64,000 nt of DNA from Octopus vulgaris. Its lineage: Eukaryota. The stretch spans positions 52,700,001 through 52,764,000 of the forward strand of contig OX597829.1 of NCBI GenBank assembly GCA_951406725.2. Direction: 5' to 3'. The notes under the pieces were generated by a model. It ran no database searches and was not told where the DNA came from. It saw nothing but the letters and a program-made list of their open reading frames with translations. This document shows positions 11,091 to 22,235 of this stretch, one piece after another; positions within the stretch are counted from its first letter, which is position 1, and each line of letters starts with the position of its first letter. A program made the translations under genes and the position numbers.

Positions 11091-11576
11091 AGATGTCCCC
11101 CCCCCACCTCAAACGGCTTTGCAGGATTTATATATATACAAACTTATTCATACATACCCATACATTTTTATATACAACTATACATATGCATTGCATATAC
11201 ACGTGTGTATGCGTGTGCGCGCGAGCACAAGTTTGCTTGTATTTTTTAGATCGATGAAATCAGTAAAATGTTTTCCATTTTCTTGGAAATGGAAAAATGG
11301 GCTAAAACGAAGGGAGAACAAAAATGAAATATATATATATATATATATTTTTACTCTTTATCTTTTATTAAACTTTTAATACTTTTGATATATATTTAAA
11401 ATAATATAATTTAATTAATCTTATGTATTGGCTTGTTTTTCATTGTTTGATTTGCCTAATAGTGGTTTTATCTCTAATTTAATATAATATAATATAATAT
11501 AATATATTTTACTATAAAATTGGATTTAATCCTAAATCTGATTTCCCCCTGTAAGTTTGGAATTATTCCCTAATAT

Positions 11577-11636
<60 letters not shown>

Positions 11637-11637
<1 letters not shown>

Positions 11638-11908
11638 TGTAATCCCTCGCCCTACCGCGGTTCCCCTCTTGCGGTTTATTATTTCCTCTGTGGTGTTATT
11701 TTGCATTAATAATAAAATAAATATATACAAATTATGGGGAAAAAATAAAGTACAGTACTGGGTACTTCTTAAATACACAGGTCCCGATGCATCTACATAA
11801 CAATATCCTTTTATAGTGCACACCCTGTAATTAAGTAGTACCCAGTACTGTTTCCACTACGCATGGGTTTTTGGAACGTAACACCCGTGATAGTGGAAGT
11901 TTGCCATA
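11637..11908. mobile_element. pogo/Tigger-like MITE
   Basis: TA-ctgtaatccctcgcctaccgcgg left TIR within (TA)n; degenerate right TIR cccgtgatagtggaagtttgcca-TA. Confidence 0.5.
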
Positions 11909-12559
11909 TAAATATGACAAACAATTTGTCCGATGTCCCAAACTGGTTCGTAACTTCTATTTTACTCGCATCCACATGTTTTCTACATTTTGTGTGTGGA
12001 AGTGTTGATTAAGATCAGCAAAATTTTGTTTGTGTATAATCAACTCTACAATTTTGTTTACAATGTTTTCTTTTGACACATTCTACCAGCATACGAAGTT
12101 TCAAATTTTTTAGTTAACTAGAAAATTCCGTCCATCAAACAGAAAATATCCATCAAGTCGTACATGTAAGGCTAGCGATGACTGAGTACCTGGTAAAATC
12201 CATCGTTGTATCAGCGCAGTTAAAGTTTGTTCAGTATGGTCAGGTACTTTGACCAAAAAGACACTTTTTAGAGACTCTCTCTCTCTCTCTCTTTGCCACT
12301 GAATACCCAATGGCCAGGGCATCACTCACCTCGGTGATACTTACGATGAAAGAACTTACTTTCGTCAATTTCTACAACTTGTAGGTTGGTTCTATGGGAT
12401 TCTGTCGGAGCCAAACACCACATACTTCCCGACAGAAATGACACCAAGTCCACGACTGTAGTTCGACCGACTACTGACGGATACTTAGCTCCCTCTTAAT
12501 TTTTATTTACTTTTTTTTTTATTATAACCAGACTGAACAATTACATATATATATAAAAT

Positions 12560-12876
12560 CTTTTGTTTTAGTCATTTGACTGCGGCCATGCTGGAGCACC
12601 GCTTTTAGCCTAATACTTATTCTATCGGTCTCTTTGCCGAACCACTAGGTTACGGGGACGTAAACATCCCAACATCGGTAGTCAAGCGATGGTGGGATGA
12701 CGCACACACACATATAGATATATATATGTACGGGCTTCTTTCAGTTTCCGTCTACCAAATCCACTCATGGCTTTGGGTGGCCCGAGCTATAGTAGAAGAC
12801 ACTCACCCAAGGTGCCACGCTGTGGGGTCGAATCTAGAGCCATGTGGTTGGTAAGCAAGCTACTTATTACACAGCC
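12560..12876 (-). mobile_element. Near full-length family A SINE
   Basis: Head, CORE-like body, (CA/TA)n and tail gtcatttgactgcggccatgctggagcacc on the reverse strand. Confidence 0.85.
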
Positions 12877-13576
12877 AAATGTGTGTGTGTTTATGAAACT
12901 GATATACTGAATAAAGTTTACGATAAAAATTTCCAGTTTTATTTGGATTAAAATACCAGTCTTCAGAGCAAAAAGCTTGCTTCGGCATCTGTGACTGTCA
13001 CCCACTCACACTCTGTTGCTTCACTCATCCTTTCTTAGCGTCACCGATTGAGACACACATTACGTTTTTTTTTTTATATGCACATGATATGGCCTCGATG
13101 GCAGAAGCTTCAAAGTCACTGTCAATAATATACTTGTTTAAGAATAATAAATTGTGTGTGTGTGTGTCTTTATGTTTGTCCATTATTACAAGCTTGACAA
13201 CGGGTGTTGATTTGTTTGCCTTCCCGTAAAACAGCAGTTCGACAAAGTATACCGATAGAATAAGTTTACTAGGTTTTAAAAAAAAATCAAGTCCTGGACT
13301 TAGTTTAACTAAATTCTTCAAGCTTATGCCTCCCAGCAAGACCGCTTCCAATGAGTGAATCGAGTAAAAATGGGACGAAGCCGCCAACCACATAGCATTA
13401 GCATTTTGTCCTTGTATATTGCTGGATCATACATGAACTGGGTTCTCTATGTGGTCGTTCGACTGCTAGAAATAGCCACCAAATCTTCAACTTACAAACG
13501 CTCTATTATTGTTGTTTTGAAAATGGAAAGTCACATTGGCTAATCTAGCGCTGGATATTCTACAACCGAAGAAGAA

Positions 13577-13659
13577 GCGAAGATAAAGAATACGCACACC
13601 ACTCGTTTTCGGCGTAACCCTAACCCTAAACGGGTGGTGTGCGTATTCTTTACCTTTGC
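13577..13659. repeat. Hairpin element with (TAACCC)2 telomeric repeats in the loop
   Basis: gcgaagataaagaatacgcacaccactcgttt / aaacgggtggtgtgcgtattctttacctttgc; loop tcggcgtaaccctaaccct. Confidence 0.9.
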
Positions 13660-14102
13660 CGAAGTGGGATTCTACTTGGGGGTTAATTAACACCTCAGCT
13701 GCTTTTTTAGAGTAAAACTGACGAGCGAGTAACTATTTAATTGCCCGGCCTGCTAGAAGTAGCCATCCAATCATCTGAAAACGTTGGTATCTTCTCTTAA
13801 ACTGACCCATAGCTGATTTAGTTTGCTCAATTTCACCTGGACTAAATAACAACGTTACTTGGAATGTGTTCAACTTTTAATCCAAGACCATTCTTGAGAA
13901 ATGCAGTGCCGTGATTTCTCTACAACTTGCCTTTTTTTTTTCTTAAACCACTTATCAATTTGTTTCCTTTTGAAAGAGTGTGAAATCCACTCCCCCATTT
14001 TTGTTATTTCTGTCAGCCTGTCTGGATCTTGAGTTCAAATCCTTTCCAGGTGGTAGTGTGTTTGGGGCTGAAGGACGGTCCTCTCCGGCCTACACTTTTA
14101 TG

Positions 14103-14317
14103 GAGTGGCAGAATCGTTAGCACACTGGACGAAATGCGTAGCCGTATTTCGTCTGCCGTTACGTTCTGAGTTCAAATTCCGCCGAGGTCGACTTTGCCTT
14201 TCATCCTTTCGGGGTCGATAAACTAAGTACCAGCTGCGCACTGGGGTCGATGTAATCGACTTAATCCGTTTTGTTTGTCCCCTCTGTGTTTAGCCCCTTG
14301 TGGGTAGTAAAGAAATA
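14103..14317 (+). mobile_element. Family B (Meta-like) SINE
   Basis: gagtggcagaatcgttagc head, gagttcaaattcc B box, Meta-like core, tail gtgggtagtaaagaaata. Confidence 0.85.
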
Positions 14318-14799
14318 TGTATAGGCTTAGGTGAGCAGAGGAATCGCTTCACGGCAGCACATGTCGAAGCAATGCCCGTCTCCAAGCTGTAGACTTCACT
14401 CTTCTGGCATTGTTTAACAACTTCTTTAAGCATCACCCCCACTGAGTTTAAAGTAAAAAATACGAGGATCATTATTAGTTTTACTTCGAATGTGGCTTGT
14501 AAAATTCTAAAATCAATTTATATAATACATATTCAGAATTTCATTTTAATTTTTACTTTTGTTTGCCTAGTTAGAATTGTTTAAAATTACAAGTGAGGAC
14601 GTCTTAAATTTTTTGTTTTAAAGAAGAAATAGAAGAATAATGCTTCTGGTGACCACGTTTGTTCAGTATATATTTTATATAATTACATATATACTTTATA
14701 AAAAAAGAAAAAAACATATTTGAAGTATTTTTGTTTCTACGGAAAATTTTATGCCGTCGTGTTATGTATAAGTGGTTTATTTTGATTTGCGTATATTTA

Positions 14800-14871
14800 C
14801 GTGTATGTGTGTGTTATGTGTATATGTGTGTGTTATGTGTATATGTGTGTGTATATATGTATGTATGTGTG

Positions 14872-14903
<32 letters not shown>

Positions 14904-15047
14904 TATGTATGTATGTGTGTGTATATATATATGTATGTATGTATGTGTGTGTATATATATATGTATGTATGTGCGTGTGTGTATATGTATGTGCGTGTGT
15001 ATATATGTGTGTGTGTATATATATATGTGTGTGTGTGTGTGTATATA
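14800..15047. repeat. Compound (TG)/(TA)/(TATG) microsatellite
   Basis: Directly visible. Confidence 0.95.
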
Positions 15048-16559
15048 GTTTACGGCTTGGATCATTTCGGTTGCTATCACAGATTTGGCAATTGGCGGCA
15101 ACCCAAAAGATCCCACGGCTGTAATACGAAGGTCGCCCACTTTCATTATCTGCTTGGAATAACCGCGCACATAACAGCTTTATTATTGTTATTATTATTA
15201 TCTCTCTCGTTAAGTTGAAACCTTTTTGCTTCATTTAATTGCTTTTATATCGTATTTTACGAACAAGGACAGGTTTCCAACGGGATTGATCTCGCGTTCA
15301 CGGCAATTCCGAAAGGAAAACGACACGGGAATCTTTCTAAACTTCTGTTATAAATAATTCATTTACGTTTAAGATCCTTTATGGGAAGGATGAAGAGTAA
15401 AATAGTAACAATAGTAACACTGCGGGCATTTTGTGCAACGCTCAAAGGATTGATTCTGTCAACGTGCAACTCCGGCGGAATGGAAACCACAAAGTACCTT
15501 TGTTCGAACACACACCTTTCACTTAAATATATACACGGTGAAAAATATAATCAGGAACAGGTAGAGCTTCTAACATAGTTTACTTCTTCAAAAGTTCTCA
15601 TAAAGCAGGCTTATGTCAGTATCTGCCCAATATTAAATACATGCCCAGGGTGCCGTGCATTGGGATGGAACTCGCAACCATACGGTTGTAAAGCAGACAG
15701 CTATACCTGCGTCTAGTAAAAAAAATTATTCGTTAGCTTTCGTTTTTAGAACTTTTTGTTAATGAATCCTCCCTCCTTTTTTTTCTTTTTTTTTTTTTGT
15801 AATGCCAAAATGTTTCGTTGGCTTTTTTCTTTCATTAAAAACAAACAAGAAAAAAAGTTTAAAAAACCCCCAAAAAAAACTGAGCCTCGGTAACCAACCC
15901 CTTGCATGATATATAGTTTTGGCAAGTAAGGAACAGCTATTAACCAGAAAATGGGTGATACATCTGAATTTTGTCCATAAGTTTCTCCTCATATTTGTAT
16001 TGTGAGTCAATTTATTTCAACATTAACCCAGATGTCTTGAGGGAAGGTGTACGTCTATTTTTTTTCTTTTTCCCATTTGTTTTCCTCTCTGACTGACAAG
16101 CTGAGTTATTCAAACTCCATCATCCATTATTAGCTCATCGGCAGACTAGTTGCTGGTGCTTACTGAAACAATTACCCCCCCCCCCCACCCGGTATTTGTT
16201 TACTTGTTCTATCACCTGTCTCTTGTTGTTGGGTTTTTTTTTTTTGTTGTATCTATTAAACACAGAGAATAAAAAGAGAGAAAGAAAACTGAAAACAAAA
16301 TTGGAGATATATGCCTGTGTGTCATACCCTAATAAAACACATGGAACAATTTGTAAAATATACTTTCTTGAAGAACAATTATCCAAAAAGCGAAGCTCCT
16401 CCCTTGGCCTGAGAGGGAGTGTGTTTAACAATAACTTAGTTAAATAGTAATACTTGAAAAATTTAGAATATATGGAATATGTTGCAGATCTTTTCCTTGG
16501 AGGAATATGTTTTTGGTACCAAAAAGGAGAACAATGGTGACTGTAGTAGTTCAGTGCTA

Positions 16560-16953
16560 CTCTTTTACTTGTTTCAGTCATTTGACTGTGGCCATGCTGG
16601 AGCACTGCCTTTAGTTGCGCAAATCAAGCCCAGGACTTAGTCTTTGGAAGCCTAGTACTTATTCTATCGGTCTCTTGCCGAACTGGTAAATTACGGGGGC
16701 TGTAAACACACCAGCATCGGTTGTCAAGCGATGTTGGGGTGGACAGACACACAAACACATGAATATATATGTGTGTGTGTATATATATACATATATATAC
16801 GACGGGCTTCTTTTCAGTTTCCGTCTACCAAATCCACTCACAAGGCTTTGGTCGGCCCGAGGCTATAGTGGAAGACACTTGCCCAAGGTGCCATGCAGTG
16901 GGACTGAACCCGGAACCATGTGGTTGGTAAGGAAGCTACTTACCACACAGCCA
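16560..16953 (-). mobile_element. Full-length family A SINE
   Basis: Well-conserved copy with head ggctgtgtggtaagtagcttccttaccaaccacatggttccgggttcagtccc on the reverse strand. Confidence 0.9.
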
Positions 16954-17424
16954 ATACAAAAACTGCAATTTTACCAGCAATTCAGGTTTTATTAAATGTC
17001 TTACATACAAAACTGTCTTCTTCCTCAGGACTTCATTTTTATGGAACTTCATCCCCCCCCCCTTCCGTTATTTTCCCTTTTACCTGCTTGCAGCATTCAA
17101 ACTGCATGTGGAATTCATTAACCTTCAGTCTCCATTTCCTTAACCTTTCTCCATCACGAAGATCCATAAAGTTGGTTCCTAGCAATTTGCCTGACCTGTG
17201 TTATTTCTTTGCCATCTGTGCATCATATGTGAAATACATTACAAATTTTTCTTCAACCACCGCAGTAACTTGGGGACTTATGATAGAAAAGCTTTATATT
17301 ATTTAGAACATATGAAAGAAGGGCTAACTAAAAGACTGAAAACATGCATGGGTGTTTAGGACAGACTTACGAAAATGTGTTAGACAGGCAGAAAATTAAA
17401 TCTGGAAACCCATACAGTCTCCAG

Positions 17425-17810
17425 AAACGTTAGCACACCGGGTGAAATGCTTAGCAGTATTTCATCTGTCTTTACATTCTGAGTTGAAATTCTGCTGAGG
17501 TCAACTTTGCCTTTCATCCTTTCAGAGTTGATTAAATTAAGTACCAGTTCTGTACTGGGGTTGAGCTAATCGACTGGGCCCCTCCCTCAAAATTTCAGGC
17601 CTTGTGCCTGGAGTGGAAAAAGTGGTGGTGGGAAACAAACAGATGCAGGATGGAGAGACACACACACACACACACGACCGGTTCCTTTCAGTTTCTGTCC
17701 ACCAAATCCACTCACAAAGGTATGGTTGGTCTGAGGCTATAGTTGAAGACACTTAGCAAAGGTGCCGCACAGTGGGACTGAACCTGGAACTACATGGTTA
17801 GGAATCAATC
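17425..17810. mobile_element. Family B SINE (+, ~17425-17620) next to family A SINE (-, ~17676-17810)
   Basis: Diagnostic motifs of both families. Confidence 0.7.
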
Positions 17811-18540
17811 TCGTGCATCTTTTATGTCGACTTCATTTAATTAATATTCCAACTGTGACAGAACTGATGTTATCATTTTTACTGGTATAGTGTACCTAAG
17901 ATTAAATTATTCAATGTTTTTTTTTTTTTTTTTTTTTTTAAAGATATCAGTGTTTTGATGTATGTGAGATGTGACTTAATTCTTGCAAGTGAAGCAGCTG
18001 CACAAGTCTGCAGATTTCCTCCCCCCGTTTATATCTTCACATCATTCCTCAGGCAATTGCATAAACAGCAATCTCTTACATCAGCCATCTATAAATCTGG
18101 CAACAAAATAGTTCTGAGAACAGCACCTAGTACCTTGTAAATTCAGTGTCACCTCACTAACTAGCAACACCAACAAGCATCATGTACAACCCAGCCATCA
18201 AACTCAACATAATAAACATACCACACTCAAGAATTACAACATACTGAATAGAGTGGGGAGGAATTTTCTGCAATATTCACAGAATGCATAACTGGCATAA
18301 TTCAGAGTGAGCCACAAATATACTCAAAGTACTTACTTTTGTACTTTAGTAAAGTACTTCTGCGTGTTGGCTTTAGTGCAGCTAACATTCAGAACTAGAC
18401 ACGAATGATTATTTCATTCTACGATTTTTCGCTGCAACAAATTTCAGCTGGCAAAGTCGACCTTGGCGGAATTTGAACCAAGAATGTAAAAACAGACGAA
18501 ATACCACTAAGCACTTTGCCCAGTGTGCTAAGTGGTTTGT

Positions 18541-18912
18541 TTATTATCTCTGCCTTAGCAAAGGTGGAGGTATTGCCTTCGGTTGTGTTGGTTTGTTTGT
18601 CCGTGGATAAGGTATCTCAAGAACCACTGGATGGATTCAGTTGAAACTTTCAGGGATGTTTGGCCTCGTGACTGGCACGAACTGATTAGATTTTGGGATC
18701 GATCCAGCACTGGACAAATATTTTGGATTATTTTTCCAGTTTTTTTTACTTAATTTTTGAGAGCGGTTTGGTTAATTTTTAGCATTCTCGTTTGTGAGAG
18801 CAGTCGAGTTTATTCCAGATATTCTCATTTTAAATTTCATCTCTGGCTAATTGTTGAGAGGACAACTGGCGGTGCCTTGGTGGAGGTTTGCACTCTCTGA
18901 GTTCTCTTGTTT
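18541..18912 (+). mobile_element. Helentron-associated interspersed element (HINE/DINE-1-like) nested in a piggyBac-like MITE (continues 18913-19088)
   Basis: 5' tatctctgcc...ggtggaggt subterminal IR, (gttt)n, 3' ggtggaggt plus gcactctctgagt hairpin, T-rich target; downstream MITE ends gtgctaaagggTTAA. Confidence 0.65.
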
Positions 18913-19384
18913 ATATTGTTTTGAATTCATCATGCATCATCTTGTAGTTTAGAGATTTCAATGATGTGATTGTTTAGTTTTAGAATGACATTGTAGGGTA
19001 GGTGTGAGAAGCAGGATCTGGTAATTTTCAGTATAAAACAAGTTAAATATTTTGGCCAGATATGGCCGGTTTGAGTGCTAAAGGGTTAAACAAGAATGGG
19101 GCAATGAGTTAACTGGATTACATTTGTGTAAACAGTTTCATTTAAATTGTTTCAGCTTAGTATTTGAAGATAAAGCTCTAGGCAGGGAAAGGGAGTGCTG
19201 GTGGATGAGATTTTGGGAAGGAAGGATTGGTTGGGTGTGTTTAGTAATGCATTTTCAATGACAACTATAGGAAGGGGAAAGGTTTACAACTGTAATTAGA
19301 TTTAAATAGTAACAGTGTCTATTCTATTACTCTCTTCATTACCATTGCTTAACATCCACCTTCCATGCTGGTGTGGGTAGGATT

Positions 19385-19850
19385 CAGGGATGGGCAACTC
19401 TTCGTCAGTTGGGGGCCCCGCATCGTACTATTTCCAAGTGGGAGAGGTTCGCATGATAAAACACATGCATGAAATATGACTTCACACTGAATTTTTCACA
19501 GTTCTTCTTAATTTAATTTGTCTTAGTATGGAAGTTTACATTGAGCTGGCATCTCTTTCATTAATTCCTAATGATAATAATGATGATTACTTGTTTAAAT
19601 AAATTATAGTTTAACATTTTGAGGTAAAAAAAAAGAAAAAAAAAGAAAAGAAAATTCATTGATATCGTATTAAAGAACAAATTTCGTTATCTGTATCAAT
19701 GAGATTTTTGCACATTCACCTTCTTTACCATATTTTCAATGTTAGGTAGAATTCGAGATGTTGCTACTTTTAGGTTATGCTGCAAATTAGTAACCTAGAA
19801 ACTCACCAAGAGCTGCATGCAGTCTGCAGGCCACAGGTGGCCCATGCATG
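19385..19850. mobile_element. hAT (Charlie-like) MITE
   Basis: TIRs cagggatgggcaac / gtggcccatgcatg; right flank ctctaaag resembles the NTCTAGAN target. Confidence 0.55.
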
Positions 19851-21240
19851 CTCTAAAGAAGAGGTGGGGTAACTTTTTAGTGTGGTGGGCAAAAATTTAC
19901 AAAGAAAAAGGCCTATGGGTGGATCACAAGTTCTAACTCTTATATCTGTGTAAATCTTGTAGTATAATTTGATATATATTAATAAAGATAAGTTTAACAC
20001 ATTAAATTAACATGTAACATCTTCATTAACATCGCCACTGAATTTAGGACGTTTATGTTACTTATGAGGTTTCTATATTTCTCAGCTGGAGTGTAGTTGG
20101 GTCTCAAGGGGTAGTACAAGCCTAGCAATATGTGTTTTTATAGTGTAAACAAAATTTCCACTCCAATGGCATCACTGGACAGTTTGAGTCAAACCGTTTT
20201 AAGTCGTAGTGCAAGCACGACCCATGTTGCAAATAGGCATACAAATATTGTATAAATTTTATAATTGAAAAATTTACTATGTCTTGTTCATACGAGTATA
20301 TCAGCCTGTGGGTGAAATAAAAGGGGTTTGTGAGTGCAACTGTGCCTGTTCTAAAGCATCACACTCCCTTCTATTCTTTCTGTTGTGGTGAGATTATTTA
20401 TTCTTACCGGTTACAACAAGACCTTACTAGTGCAGGTCCTATGACAAAAACAGCCAGTACATACTGTCAAGTGTTTGCCAAAGCCAGGGTTGGGAGAAAT
20501 CTCTAGTTTTCCCCAAGGGTAAGACAACCTCTCTGATGTTGGTGCTATGAAAAGAATGTACATTGCGTGAGTGGCTGGTTTTAGGAAGAGTATTCAGTCA
20601 TAGAAACTATACCAAGGCTGAAACATTGAAACCAGACCTGTTGGTTCCTCTTGAACTGTCCAGTATATGCCAGAATGGGAAGCAGATATAAAACGATGAT
20701 GAGATGGAGACAATCTATAGTATACAAGATGAGAAGCACAGACTGCTATAATAGTTGTTGAAGAAGAAGCAGTGGATATTTGTTTACATATTTTGGCTGT
20801 AGGCCAGTTGGGTGTTCTTCCCCCTGCTTATGGTGAGAGAAAGTTCATTTGTCAGAGACTCTTTTTTCCTTTATTGATTGAAATAGTTTTATATTCTATG
20901 ATGCGTTTTGAACATATTAAGCATTAGATCATATATGTTGTTTGGTGGTGGGTTTGTATGAATATGAGATATATTTTTCTGGCTATGAAGAGGAAACCCA
21001 GCCTTTGTCAGATGATAGTCTTGGCAATGTTAAGAATGCTAGACCTTCATGAGAAGTTAGAAAAAAAAAAAAAAGAGGTTAACTTATTCAGTTTCACATA
21101 TTATTCCTCCCTCCCTGTTTTTCCCCCCCTTTTTTCTTCTTCCAAAAGAATCATTCAACAAAACTGTTACTGCATTCCGCTCATTTATGATCACTAATTA
21201 AAAGTTAAGATTACAGTTTTTTTTTTTTCCTTTCCTAGAG

Positions 21241-21261
21241 AGATCTTTCAATCTTCAGATG
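21241..21261 (+). other. Candidate microexon (21 or 23 nt)
   Basis: Branch-like cactaat, strong T/C tract, tagag acceptor, G/gtaact donor; the 21-nt form is phase 1-1 (EIFQSSD). Confidence 0.25.
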
Positions 21262-21864
21262 GTAACTAATTATTATCTTATGGAAGTTATCCTTGACAAT
21301 CAGGTCTTTCTGCTACGTTAATGCAGAACCAGTCTTGTGACTGGTGTCATATCCTCTTCCACGTGTTTTAGACAACATTTCCTGTTAGTAACTGCGCTAC
21401 TTACTATTAACCAGTTGAGAATGATGTTTGTATAGGAATTATGTTCAATAGACATCAGTTTAATTCACTTCGTTTACATATGATTCATGCAAACTGTTTA
21501 TATAAACATACATATAATAAATATACATACATGCATATATGTAAATACACACACACACAAACTTCAGTGTCCCATCTTACATTTTTCTAACATTCTTGAT
21601 AAAATTAAATATATTCTCTACCCAAATATATCATCATCATCATCATCACAATTGTTGTCACCACTCCTACTGTCACCTTTATCATATTTATGGTATTTCC
21701 TGCTTACTATGGTGGTTTGGTTGGATGTGCAGTTTTTTGTTTTTTTAAAACTTAATTCTAGGTTATCTCATCTATAAAACCCTTTAACTATGAATATTCT
21801 AACCATACACATTTTTATCAAAATTGTGTGCATGTTCACAGTTCATATTATTATTATTATCATC

Positions 21865-22235
21865 ATTCTGCCATGGTCAACTTTGCCTTTCATCCTTTCG
21901 GGGTCGATAAATTAAGTACCAGTAGCGTTCTGGGGTTTATCTAATCGACTGGAACCCCTCCCCAAAAATTTCAGGCCTTGTGCCTAGAGTAGAAAAGATT
22001 ATTACTATTATCATTTTTAGAGGTGGTGAGCTGGTAGAATCGTTAGCGTGCTGGATGAAATGCTTAGCGATATTTCGCCCACCACTACATTCTGAGTTCA
22101 TATTCTGCCAGGGTTGACTTTGCCATTCATCCTTTCTGGTTCGATAAATTTAGTACCAGTGAAACACTGGGGTTGAGGTAATTGACTTGTCCCCGCCCCA
22201 CATATTTGAGGCCTCATGCCTACAGTAGAAAGGAT
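21865..22235 (+). mobile_element. Two tandem family B SINEs with (ATT)n tails
   Basis: Meta-like core at ~21885 and ~22120. Confidence 0.8.
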
